Positions 8,721-17,900 of a stretch of DNA of 64,000 nucleotides are shown in pieces. This DNA is from a virus (lineage: Duplodnaviria; Caudoviricetes): the IMG/VR virus record IMGVR_UViG_3300044614_001923. One strand, written 5' to 3'. The notes beneath the pieces were generated by a model. The model did no database searches. It saw only the letters and a program-made list of their open reading frames with translations, and was not told where the DNA came from. Each line of letters opens with the position of its first letter. The stretch's first letter is position 1. The translations under genes were made by a program, and so were the position numbers.

Positions 8721-9134
8721 TCATACGGCAAGGGCAGCAGAGGGAATTTCAACGATTTCGGGGAGTTTGGCATCGTCAAACTGATTCATATTGTAGCAAA
8801 CCCATTCGCCATTACGGAACACATAAGCATACTCTTCACTGTTATCAGGAAGAAGATACTCACACAGGTCAGCATCAAGACGGGGAGGGCAATTATCACC
8901 ACGCTGAGAGTAGTATTCGGGACCATACTCTTCATTAAGTTTAGTATCCCAACGAGAAGTAGTCCAAGGAGAACTCATATCTCCACCATCAATCAGTTCA
9001 GCAACTTTCTCTTTGGTGTTGTAATGGGTACGAAGAATGCGACCCATCCATTCAGGATAACCATCCCAGTGAGAATATGCAGACAGAATGGAACCATCAG
9101 AAAGTTCAATACCGATGCGGGAGCGGGTTGCCAT
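8721..9134 (-). CDS. conserved hypothetical phage protein (MATRSRIG...YSHWDGYPE)
   Basis: ORF track; directly downstream of promoter element 9160-9217. Confidence 0.8.
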   Translation of the reverse strand: MATRSRIGIELSDGSILSAYSHWDGYPEWMGRILRTHYNTKEKVAELIDGGDMSSPWTTSRWDTKLNEEYGPEYYSQRGDNCPPRLDADLCEYLLPDNSEEYAYVFRNGEWVCYNMNQFDDAKLPEIVEIPSAALAV

Positions 9135-9159
9135 GAAGCGTTTTGTTGATTACCTTTAT

Positions 9160-9217
9160 ATTATAAGGGGTCCCCTAGAGAACCAGGAGACCCAGTGGAC
9201 AGTTTTTAGAGTGTCTG
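9160..9217 (-). promoter_or_regulatory. early-type promoter element: TGGACAG-N8-GTGTCTG, 30 nt, TATAAT
   Basis: repeated motif with conserved spacing. Confidence 0.75.
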
Positions 9218-9385
9218 CTAAGCATTCATTACTTTTTCATACAAGGAATCTAAAATATCTGTATCATGCTCAATAAACAAACCTTTTTCATCAATATCAA
9301 TCATAATTTGCTGAAGAAGAACAATTTCTTCGTAAGACAAGTTAGTAATCATGAGATTTGCTTTCATTTTTTTCCAATAAAATCT

Positions 9386-9688
9386 TTACATCATACCATA
9401 AATTGCCAATGCGACTAGAAGAGCAATTATGGGAAGTGCAATATACCAGTATTGAACAATTAGACCTATTCCAAAAAGAATCAAAAGAATCCAAACAAAA
9501 GGTCCAAGATCAAAAGAACTCCCACCAGAAGATCCAGATCCCCTAACTTCTCTCAAGTTTATAATTTGTTCAGCACCATATATGCGTTGCAGTTGTTGCT
9601 TTGCTCCACCAATAGTTGCAGCATCAACTTCACATTCTTGGTATCCAGCTTGGGATCCCAACCAACATTTTGCAACCCAACGTGCCAT
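9386..9688 (-). CDS. membrane protein with C-terminal TM segments (start moved to MARWVAK)
   Basis: ORF track 9386..9739; -10 box at 9711-9716 lies inside the extension. Confidence 0.7.
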   Translation of the reverse strand: MARWVAKCWLGSQAGYQECEVDAATIGGAKQQLQRIYGAEQIINLREVRGSGSSGGSSFDLGPFVWILLILFGIGLIVQYWYIALPIIALLVALAIYGMM

Positions 9689-9710
9689 GACTGTTTTGAA
9701 ACTTTTTAAT

Positions 9711-9767
9711 ATTATACACAAAAAAAAGAAGGTTGTCACCCTAATGTGACAGTTCTAAAACTGTCAC
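9711..9767 (-). promoter_or_regulatory. early-type promoter element with perfect palindrome GTGACAG-N8-CTGTCAC, 29 nt, TATAAT; internal hairpin+U tract
   Basis: perfect inverted repeat 9746-9767; AGGGT-GACA-ACCTT then a T run on the minus strand. Confidence 0.8.
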
Positions 9768-10021
9768 TGTCCTTTTTCTTTAAGACTTCTAACAAAATAT
9801 TCAGTAAATTGCTCCATTTTATCTGGAGACACTGATTGTGGAAGTTCATTAATTGCTTGCCTCAGTGCATTCATTTCCGACCATTCTGAATCAGAAAGTC
9901 TATTCAGTTTTCTTTCAGAGTAAGTCATAGTGATGCTCCTGTATATGTGAGCGTATCCTAACAGTATTTACCACGAAAACTAGATTGCTTAATATTGTTT
10001 TTAGACTGTTGTAACATTTCT

Positions 10022-10246
10022 TTACTTATCAAAGAATGATCCAAATGATCCACTATCGCCAAACTTCCTATTCTCCAATTTATCAAGAAGAGAATCAGTA
10101 GTCTGTAAGGATTCAATACGACTGATAAGATCAGCAATGACGCTACAGACCATAGGGCGTTCTTGTCTTGCAGCATACGCAAGTGCATTGCGAAGACTTG
10201 CTTCTGCTTCTTTTAACGATTCTTCAACTTGCGATCCCAGAGCCAT
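10022..10246 (-). CDS. conserved hypothetical cyanophage protein (MALGSQVEESLKEA...ARQERP)
   Basis: ORF track. Confidence 0.75.
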   Translation of the reverse strand: MALGSQVEESLKEAEASLRNALAYAARQERPMVCSVIADLISRIESLQTTDSLLDKLENRKFGDSGSFGSFFDK

Positions 10247-10412
10247 CTAATTCATCCTCAATTAACATACAATTTACGCATGATTGTAATTCTAACATAT
10301 CTTCTTTAGAAAGTCCATCAATAGTTGTTGTATGAAAGTTATTATATGAAATTGTTATGCTATAAAATTCACCATCAAAACTTCCGCACGTTTGTATTTT
10401 GGTCTTTTTCAT
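10224..10412 (-). CDS. hypothetical protein
   Basis: ORF track. Confidence 0.6.
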   Translation of the reverse strand: MKKTKIQTCGSFDGEFYSITISYNNFHTTTIDGLSKEDMLELQSCVNCMLIEDELDGSGIAS

Positions 10413-10764
10413 TAGATATCCAGTCTTCTGGGTTTGCTTCTATATTATTAGATTTTACATATTCTTCAGTATAATCTCCATCATACGGATAAGAAAGACT
10501 ATCATTTGGCAAGTTCAACTTTGAAATTAAAATATCTATTCTCGAATCTAAAGAATTTTCAAGCCTATAAAGTTCATTGCACAATGAAATATTTTCATCT
10601 TCTAATTTTAGAACTCTAAGTTTAAGATCGCAAATTTGATCATAAAGGGAAGACATTTCAAGTTCATACTCATGATCATATCTAACATAATCATTCAGTA
10701 GTGAATTAAACCATCGCTTGATTTTTTTCATTATGTACGCTTTTATAATATTTTTGATATGCAA
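10375..10764 (-). CDS. hypothetical coiled-coil protein (likely start MKKIK)
   Basis: ORF track; heptad pattern. Confidence 0.65.
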   Translation of the reverse strand: MHIKNIIKAYIMKKIKRWFNSLLNDYVRYDHEYELEMSSLYDQICDLKLRVLKLEDENISLCNELYRLENSLDSRIDILISKLNLPNDSLSYPYDGDYTEEYVKSNNIEANPEDWISNEKDQNTNVRKF

Positions 10765-10861
10765 AGAACCTAGTTAAAGATACTGGAATTTCTAGGCTTT
10801 CACAACACCTAATGTAAGAAATAAATTCAAACCATGGTGAGGTTGGATCAGTATCAGACAT

Positions 10862-11089
10862 TTATTTTCTCATGTCTTTTTCAAGTTCTCTTAACATTTT
10901 AGCATGTTCAATCTTTCTAATCAAGTTAGTAATTGGATTTCTTGGATGAAATTTAACTAACCAATAAAATCTATTAATATTTAAAATCAATATCTTTCTT
11001 TGCAAATCAATATATTCCGCAACATTAGGGTCTACAATTATCATGTAGCATATAACTGCGAATACAGTTAAGAGAATATAATAGTACAT
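10862..11089 (-). CDS. small membrane protein
   Basis: N-terminal TM; IIVDPNVAEYI...HPRNPI. Confidence 0.7.
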   Translation of the reverse strand: MYYYILLTVFAVICYMIIVDPNVAEYIDLQRKILILNINRFYWLVKFHPRNPITNLIRKIEHAKMLRELEKDMRK

Positions 11090-11228
11090 AAATTATTTTT
11101 CATCTCTCTTTTCTATAAGATGATTTATAATATAATTTTTAATATCTTCTAATTCACTTTCGCATTCCATTTCCTTTGCAAGGAAGCGAATATCTGTATG
11201 TTTTTTATGAAGATCCTCAATCATTAGA

Positions 11229-11426
11229 TCAAGAGCCTGAATTTCTTTTTGATTCATTATTAGAATCCTTTATCGTTATTGGACAAGATGGAACTACCTT
11301 TTTCAACTCATTGATAATTTCATACTTTTGTTGCAGAGAGAGTCCATTAAATTGACTAAACAATTTATGTCCAATTTCTTTAAATTGAGTGCATGATATA
11401 ATGGTTGCTAAAAACAATGATCCCAT
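11229..11426 (-). CDS. small hypothetical protein
   Basis: ORF track; preceded by TATAAATA. Confidence 0.6.
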   Translation of the reverse strand: MGSLFLATIISCTQFKEIGHKLFSQFNGLSLQQKYEIINELKKVVPSCPITIKDSNNESKRNSGS

Positions 11427-11449
11427 GTCTTCATGGCTTTGTTTGGTCT

Positions 11450-11457
11450 TATTTATA
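11450..11457 (-). promoter_or_regulatory. T4-type late promoter TATAAATA
   Basis: exact consensus in intergenic DNA. Confidence 0.55.
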
Positions 11458-11467
11458 TCTCAAATGA

Positions 11468-11650
11468 TTATTTCTTTCTATCTTCTACTGTAATATACTT
11501 TAAATATTTTTCTTTATCGCAGTTATCAAACCAATAATCCTGAACATCTTCCCAATGTTCAAATTTCATGGATTTTTTATTAAAAAAATGAACCTTATAA
11601 TAGTGTCTAATGTAAGGTTCTGCGGAAGTGCAATTAAATCTTTGCGTCAT
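11468..11650 (-). CDS. hypothetical protein
   Basis: ORF track. Confidence 0.6.
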   Translation of the reverse strand: MTQRFNCTSAEPYIRHYYKVHFFNKKSMKFEHWEDVQDYWFDNCDKEKYLKYITVEDRKK

Positions 11651-11909
11651 TGATTAAACCTTTTAATTCAACACTACTATTAACCTTATCCAGATGAGTT
11701 TCTATTTTTTCATTTAAAATATCCTCAATGTCAATATAGACACTCTTTGCGGATAATCCAGCGTCAAAGTAACTTTCAATTGCCTCAGCAAGATACCTCC
11801 TGCGAGTCCACTCTGCCGAATATGGTTTGTAGTGAGCCATGATGTGATGTTTATGTTGTTTGAGTATAGGGTATCTATTCCTGTTTGTCAAGAGATTCCA
11901 AATAGTCAA
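11634..11909 (-). CDS. hypothetical protein (likely start MAHYKPYS)
   Basis: ORF track; cyanophage-like YKPYSAEW motif. Confidence 0.6.
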   Translation of the reverse strand: MTIWNLLTNRNRYPILKQHKHHIMAHYKPYSAEWTRRRYLAEAIESYFDAGLSAKSVYIDIEDILNEKIETHLDKVNSSVELKGLINDAKI

Positions 11910-12012
11910 CCCACCACTGAGGATCTTTATTCATTTTCCAGTTTGGAACTTCCAATCCTTTTTCGAAATAATATTTCCAGAGAGTTTCATCTATAATCTG
12001 AGCGACTTCCAT
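11875..12012 (-). CDS. small hypothetical protein (start moved to MEVAQII)
   Basis: track 11875..12093 overlaps 11987..12217 extensively; the internal Met leaves only a short overlap. Confidence 0.5.
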   Translation of the reverse strand: MEVAQIIDETLWKYYFEKGLEVPNWKMNKDPQWWVDYLESLDKQE

Positions 12013-12217
12013 ACTCTTCATCCTCTTCATCAAGATCCTCATATGGGTTTTCCAAGTATGGTCCATGTGGTCGTTTGGAATCTTTTCTGACATAATCGAT
12101 TTCTGTTAGACTAGAAGACAACCATACCGATACTTTCATAATAACATAAATTATGGCCAGAGGTAAGAAGCATAATGATAGTATTAAAGCGTGTTTCATT
12201 CTCCAATTTCCCAGCAC
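11987..12217 (-). CDS. small membrane protein with acidic tail (likely start MKHALI)
   Basis: TM segment and HGPYLENPY motif. Confidence 0.65.
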   Translation of the reverse strand: MLGNWRMKHALILSLCFLPLAIIYVIMKVSVWLSSSLTEIDYVRKDSKRPHGPYLENPYEDLDEEDEEYGSRSDYR

Positions 12218-12414
12218 TTTTCAAGTTTATATCTCGACTCATTAGTTTTCATCTCTTCCCAATAAGTTAAAAGATGTTGCCCTAATTCTTTTTCTTCGTC
12301 AGTAAAATCAAGATCATACTTATTTTTAATTGAGACAAGTTTACAAAGATCATCAACAACCGATGTAGGAAGATCAAGAAACTCTTCGTATGTCATCAGT
12401 CTCTTTGCCTCCAA
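12196..12414 (-). CDS. hypothetical protein
   Basis: ORF track. Confidence 0.6.
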   Translation of the reverse strand: MEAKRLMTYEEFLDLPTSVVDDLCKLVSIKNKYDLDFTDEEKELGQHLLTYWEEMKTNESRYKLEKCWEIGE

Positions 12415-12722
12415 TCATCAGGTTTATCTCTTCCGTCACTGAAAAAATCTACAATATCATCAACACTATTAAATCCCCTTAGACCAAATCTTTCATTACC
12501 AAGACCACCAATGTCAAGTTGATTTAAAAAGTCATCCATATCACCATCTTGCATATCTGGATTTTCAGATTTACGTCTCGCTTGACGTAGCATAGTTCCA
12601 GCTGATCTATTTGCTTTAGCAAGTTTCTCTGCCCAAATCATATCCTCTAACCCTACGGATTCATGTAGGACGATCTTTCTACAGATTTCCTCCAATCGCA
12701 GGCGATATTGAGTTGATAGCAT
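12396..12722 (-). CDS. conserved hypothetical cyanophage protein (MLSTQYRLRLEEIC)
   Basis: ORF track. Confidence 0.75.
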   Translation of the reverse strand: MLSTQYRLRLEEICRKIVLHESVGLEDMIWAEKLAKANRSAGTMLRQARRKSENPDMQDGDMDDFLNQLDIGGLGNERFGLRGFNSVDDIVDFFSDGRDKPDDWRQRD

Positions 12723-12769
12723 AATGACCCAAATATTTTCTATATTTAGGTCATTATAGCACTTATATT

Positions 12770-12964
12770 CTATTTTTCAATCTTCCAATGCTCATTTCCA
12801 GACTTTTGAATCCAGAAGCAGTATTGTCTGTTTAGAGAGACCAAAAAGAGTTTATCATTCGTTTCCTGTTCAACTTCACATGAATGAAAGTTATTCATGA
12901 TGTTAACAAAACGATTCTTTGCTTTTGAACTCAACGGAGTAACATTTACAAATTTGCGTTTCAT
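12770..12964 (-). CDS. conserved hypothetical cyanophage protein (start moved to MKRKFVNVTPLSSKAKNRF)
   Basis: -10 box at 12995-13000 lies within the track extension to 13009. Confidence 0.7.
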   Translation of the reverse strand: MKRKFVNVTPLSSKAKNRFVNIMNNFHSCEVEQETNDKLFLVSLNRQYCFWIQKSGNEHWKIEK

Positions 12965-12994
12965 TTTTGTCACGGTTTTTGTTGGACTGGATTT

Positions 12995-13052
12995 AGTGTA
13001 GGATGCCATTGATACTATTTAACAAATACTGTGCCAGTTTGGGGAGTGGTTC
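12995..13052 (-). promoter_or_regulatory. early-type promoter element: GTGCCAG-N8-GTGGTTC, 30 nt, TACACT
   Basis: degenerate copy with exact spacing; overlaps the 3' end of 13015..13206. Confidence 0.55.
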
Positions 13053-13206
13053 GGTGCTTTTTAATAAAATTGCGGGCGGAACTGACGGTGCGGCACAGTT
13101 GCAACTGCTCCCCATTGAAAATCACGATTAATTGGTTTCCATAAGGAACCGCCGCATATCCATCATCTGTGATAAAACCTTCGATGAACTTAGACTGTTT
13201 TGCCAT
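13015..13206 (-). CDS. conserved hypothetical cyanophage protein (DGYAAVPYG)
   Basis: ORF track. Confidence 0.7.
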   Translation of the reverse strand: MAKQSKFIEGFITDDGYAAVPYGNQLIVIFNGEQLQLCRTVSSARNFIKKHRTTPQTGTVFVK

Positions 13207-13242
13207 AATTTATCTGCATTTATAGGGGAAAATGGACGATAA

Positions 13243-14484
13243 TCAACGCTTGATCACGGAAACTGCCGCCTCACCGCGCTCAAAAATGGTATCCACCACT
13301 GCCTGAACCTTCTTAGCGGTGCTGATCCCGACCTTGTTGAAAACGGGGACGCACACCAGACCAAAGGATTTGGAATACTGATCCAGGTTGCCAGGTTGGA
13401 TTGAACCATCACGAAGACCCTTTGCGTCATCATGATGCAACCTGATCACACGCCCAATAGTCTGACTGATGCCAATGTAATCCATAGAGCGCATGAAGAC
13501 CACCGCCTCAAGACCAGACACGTTGATACCTTCACTGAGGATACTGTGGTGAAGAACAACAAACTTCTTGTCGTTATCCTTACCCCAAGCACTTAGAGTG
13601 TCAAAGAAGACTTCACGGTTGACCTTTTGACCATCAATCACACCACCAGTCTTAGCACTGATATACATGTAGGAATACCCACGATCAGCAAGTTGCTGAC
13701 AGAAATCAGACTCAGAGACAAGACTGACAATTTGCTTGACTGCCTTAGCACAGATCAGGATCTTACCAACACCATGCTCATCAATGGTTTCCAGCAGATT
13801 CTCAGAATCAACCTCAGCAACTTGCATACCCTTAGGAACAAGGGGAAGTTGCTTGACTGCAACCTTAGGAGGAACAATGAAACCACCCTGCACAAGTTCA
13901 GGAGCAGGAACTTTACAGATCACTTGACCATAGACAGCAGCATCATTCATGCCAGGTTTGAAAACAGTGGCAGAATGCTTAGGAGTAGCAGTGAAGAAAT
14001 AGCAGCGGTCAGCAGCAGAAGAGAAATGCTCGGTGGCAGGGAAGAAATGACGTTGAACAGAGTTATGTGCCTCATCAAAGTAAATGGTATCAACATGAAT
14101 GTCTGCTGCCTGCAGACGGTTCAGAGAATGATAGGTCGTAAAGATCAGTTTGTGAGCAGAAGAATTGCTCTCAACCCACTGACGGATCACATAAGGGCGA
14201 GTAGAAGACTCGTGATGAGTCTCGCCACTGTGAACGTGGAAAACATGAGCATTGGTAACATGCTCAAGAAACTCACTAGACAGTTGCTCAGCGAGCAGAA
14301 TGCGCGGAGCAACAACTACAATAGTTTTAGGAGTCTCGGACTCAAGCAGGCGTAGCGTATCAACAATCATCTTGAGAGTCTTGCCACCGCCAGTGGGCAC
14401 GATGATCTGACCCTTACGGTGCTGCAGCATAGCAGCGGTGCCACGTTCTTGATGGGGGCGGAGGAGAGGAATCACAGCGGTCAT
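13243..14484 (-). CDS. superfamily 2 DExH helicase (ResIII-like)
   Basis: LRPHQ Q-motif, VPTGGGKT Walker A, DEAH, TAT motif III, LSEGINV, QTIGRVIR; likely start MTAVIP. Confidence 0.9.
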   Translation of the reverse strand: MTAVIPLLRPHQERGTAAMLQHRKGQIIVPTGGGKTLKMIVDTLRLLESETPKTIVVVAPRILLAEQLSSEFLEHVTNAHVFHVHSGETHHESSTRPYVIRQWVESNSSAHKLIFTTYHSLNRLQAADIHVDTIYFDEAHNSVQRHFFPATEHFSSAADRCYFFTATPKHSATVFKPGMNDAAVYGQVICKVPAPELVQGGFIVPPKVAVKQLPLVPKGMQVAEVDSENLLETIDEHGVGKILICAKAVKQIVSLVSESDFCQQLADRGYSYMYISAKTGGVIDGQKVNREVFFDTLSAWGKDNDKKFVVLHHSILSEGINVSGLEAVVFMRSMDYIGISQTIGRVIRLHHDDAKGLRDGSIQPGNLDQYSKSFGLVCVPVFNKVGISTAKKVQAVVDTIFERGEAAVSVIKR

Positions 14485-14499
14485 CAATTCAATAAAGTT

Positions 14500-14557
14500 A
14501 TTATACGGCAAAAAGACCCCCCATAGAGGGTCTATGTGACACTAGAAGAACTGGTCC
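14500..14557 (-). promoter_or_regulatory. early-type promoter element: GTGACAC-N8-CTGGTCC, 30 nt, TATAAT
   Basis: repeated motif with conserved spacing upstream of the helicase. Confidence 0.75.
14510..14533 (-). terminator. intrinsic terminator AGACCC-loop-GGGTCT-TTTT inside the promoter spacer
   Basis: GC hairpin plus U tract just past the stop of the small methyltransferase. Confidence 0.65.
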
Positions 14558-14955
14558 AGTGTCACCTCAGCAGGTGTTCCGTCAAAGCGGTAATGATAAG
14601 TTAGAGCATCTGCTTTTACATAGTGAGGATGAGTTATTGAAACTCCCAGACGCTCACATAGTTCTTTATGATTATCTTCTTGAAATTCTATCACATAAAG
14701 CATGTTATCCAAAACATGCTGTTCATCATGATATTGACATAAAAGTTCTTTGAGTCTGATAGAAAAATTGCCAGATCCAGCACAAAGATCCAAAAATTTA
14801 GCATTAGGATCTTTTAGTTTATCCAATGGAATCTGATCAAGCATATCATTGACAAGATCTGGAGGAGTAAAAACCTCTCCAGTATTGTCAATTCTATCTT
14901 TTGTTCTTTCAATATCAGACCCAATGTTTTTTACCTTAGTTTGCTTTGTTGACAT
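14542..14955 (-). CDS. truncated DNA amino-methyltransferase, SAM-binding half only (motifs X-I-II-III)
   Basis: GEVFTPPDLVNDML, KFLDLCAGSGNF, VIEFQEDN, VKADAL; ends without an NPPY/DPPY motif; likely start MSTKQ. Confidence 0.8.
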   Translation of the reverse strand: MSTKQTKVKNIGSDIERTKDRIDNTGEVFTPPDLVNDMLDQIPLDKLKDPNAKFLDLCAGSGNFSIRLKELLCQYHDEQHVLDNMLYVIEFQEDNHKELCERLGVSITHPHYVKADALTYHYRFDGTPAEVTLDQFF

Positions 14956-17900
14956 AGTAAGGATTGGGGATGACATTTAACATAGAGCAAACAGTTCGGA
15001 AACCACCACTCAACTGACATGCCTCGCGGTAGGTGTTTGCCTCCTCAGAGTTGAGAAACTCCATAATAGCATGACCCTCCTCCTCACTGTCAACTAGTAT
15101 GTACATACTATTATCTGTCACACCATACTTACCATCATCATAGTAGGGGTAAAAGTTACCACCTTCCTTAAAGATGACTTTCTTTTGCTGATAGTATGGT
15201 TGAGGTTTCTTATCATAAACAAACTCAGGTTCTCCGTTAGGAGTAGTTTTGTTTACATTTACATAGCAACCTTCAAAGTAAACAGTAGGATCAAACTTAT
15301 TGGGATTTTTCTTATCTTTGAAACGTGGAGCGCGTCCAACAGCAGCATTCAGACGGGGAATAGATGCATCAGTATTCAGATACTTTTGAAGTAGATCTAG
15401 ACTGTGATTTGGTACAAAAGGATAATCACGGAAGTCTACATCAACCCACTCTTCAGATGCTTGAAAGCGGACTTTAGTAGGACCAGTGCGCTCCTCTTTG
15501 CAGTATGAATACCAATCATAAGAAGTGTTAGCATTGAAAACTTTAACACCTTCCTTAGAAGAATGAATAGAAAGTTTTTCTACCTGAACATCACGCATCA
15601 GATAGTGACGCTTATTGGTAGGTTTCCGTAGACCAGGAGGATGCACCATGATACCATAACCACCCTCTTTCAGCAGATTGTAACCAAGTTCCGCAAAATC
15701 TCCATAAGCAGACTTACCTGTTTTGTGGGAATTGATTGAATACGGAGGATTTGAAATTACGCCATCAAATTGGATTTTACCCATCAGACCCTCCAGGTCA
15801 GAGACCACGTTGATTGCACTATCCACACATTCTACCCTAAACAGGTGAGTTTGGCAAGACTCCCAGACCCAGATATTCTGGGCAGGGACGCCACACTTCT
15901 CAATCAGATAGGCAACTTGCGACCCAGAAGGATCACAAATCACAAGAATTTTGTGGTGAGGTTGAACATAATCTCCGATCATTTCAGAGAACATGTCATA
16001 AGGAATGCTGCGATGTTCTTTTGATGAGACTGAAAGTGTATCCAGAGTATCTGCGAAGGAATTCTTCATAGCAAGGGCAATATCTGTCGATACCTGAGAG
16101 ATACGATGCATTAGACGATTGTAGTTCAGAAGACCGTCATCAAGGCAACGTTCAATAATATTCTGATTATCACCAGTAGAACTGATGTAATAATCAGACT
16201 TCAGAACGTTATCAACAGAATTTACATTTTTACCATTACGCATTTCATAAAGAATTGTCAGAGGAATTGCTTCCAAAATAGACTTAATGGATTCTTTTTT
16301 GCGACTGAGTTCTTTATTATGAGCAGCAGGAGATTTACCTTCTACTTTTGTATTTGTCTTACCATTTGCACCATTATCATTCACTTCAGCACTTTTTGCG
16401 AGGTCTGAAGTAGAAGATTTGAGATCCAAGTTCATCTCAAATTCATTCAGTTTCTCCATATCAATATGATACACCGCACTTGCGATCAAAGAACGTGTAT
16501 CAGCAATATCACATGCAGTGATCTGATTGATTTGATCTTGAGTCATATGAACAAACTTATCTGCCCACTCTGAAATTGCAACAAATTCAATTGACTGATA
16601 GTTCAAAAGTTCTGGATTACTATCGCAAGCAATAGAATAAGATAAACGAATAGATTCTAGACACTTTTGGGGGGAAAATTCAATCACATTGTAATCATGA
16701 TCACCCGACCCACCACGCGATGCACCTTGAATCCAAAACTCAGTAGATTTGCCATCAGAGCAATTAATAACCGTATCAATATCTTTGACAGTTACCCCAA
16801 GAACATTTGCCCAACGAGTAATAATCATAGTCTTAGTATTCTCAGCAACATGCTTGCGAATCATGTCCGCATCAACACCAGACTCACCGATTGCAACAAG
16901 AGGAGAATAGTCCTTAATATAGTCTGCAATCAGTACACATGCTTCTGCACTAGGCATCAGCAAATATGCATGTTGAGTATCATTTAGAAGGCGATCTTTT
17001 GGATTACGAATGTGACGCTGAGTAGAAAGATAGTTATGCACAAAGTCAATTACCAGACTCTCATGTTCAAACTTACCATCTTTAATAGAAAAGATGTTGT
17101 TCATTGCATCAGGCAAGTCACCAAAGATTTTACGATACTCTTGAGACTCATACTTTGCGAGGATTACATGCATTTTGCCACGATGAAAAACACCGCGCTG
17201 AACGTCAAGTTGCTCATCAAAGTATGTGTAAATGAAAGTGTTCTCTTGAGAGAAATCAGATGCTAGTTTGAAAGCAGTTCCAGACACATACATGCAAGGA
17301 ACGTTCTTTAACTTAGAACGAATCTCTTTCCACTGCTTAGCACCATATCCGATATGGCATTCATCATAACAAAGAAAATCTACTTGATGAATGTCTTGGA
17401 TTTTATTCACAAGACCCTGAATTGTAGACCAAAGAATAACTTGAATACCTTCAACTTGCGACCAGTATTCTAATTGTTCTTTCCAATTTTTATCAGCAAG
17501 ACAGATATATCTAAAGTGATCAAAGTCTATAAAGTTCTCAGAATCTTCTTTCCAAGATTGTTCTGGAGACTTGCTACGAGAAACAATCAAAGAAATCTTA
17601 AACTTGCGATCTAGAATGTGGGAAAGAACCATCACTGATTTACCTGCGCGACACTTTGCCCACAAAAGAAACTCACAATATTCCTTATTTGCTTTCTTAA
17701 TAAACTCCACTTGATAAGGACGAGGAGTAAACTTTACTTTCTCATCAAGAATTTTCCCATCAAGAGAAAACTGCTTACAGCACATATCTACAATAATTTC
17801 TTCAGTGTATGAGTGATCTCCACGAAAAGCAAAAATTTCTTTATGCTTTTTTGAATATGGAAGAGTCTTCAAAAAAGCATGGATATCGTGATCACGACCA

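Noticed and set aside
13627-14355. 242-aa plus-strand ORF
   Set aside because: It lies entirely antisense to the motif-complete helicase, has no recognisable motifs, and is explained by codon bias in a GC-richer gene.
14936-14976. Programmed frameshift fusing the RM protein to the small methyltransferase
   Set aside because: I see no slippery heptamer or hairpin at the overlap, and a fusion would place motif I after the TRD with little structural rationale. A 20-nt coupled overlap is the simpler explanation.
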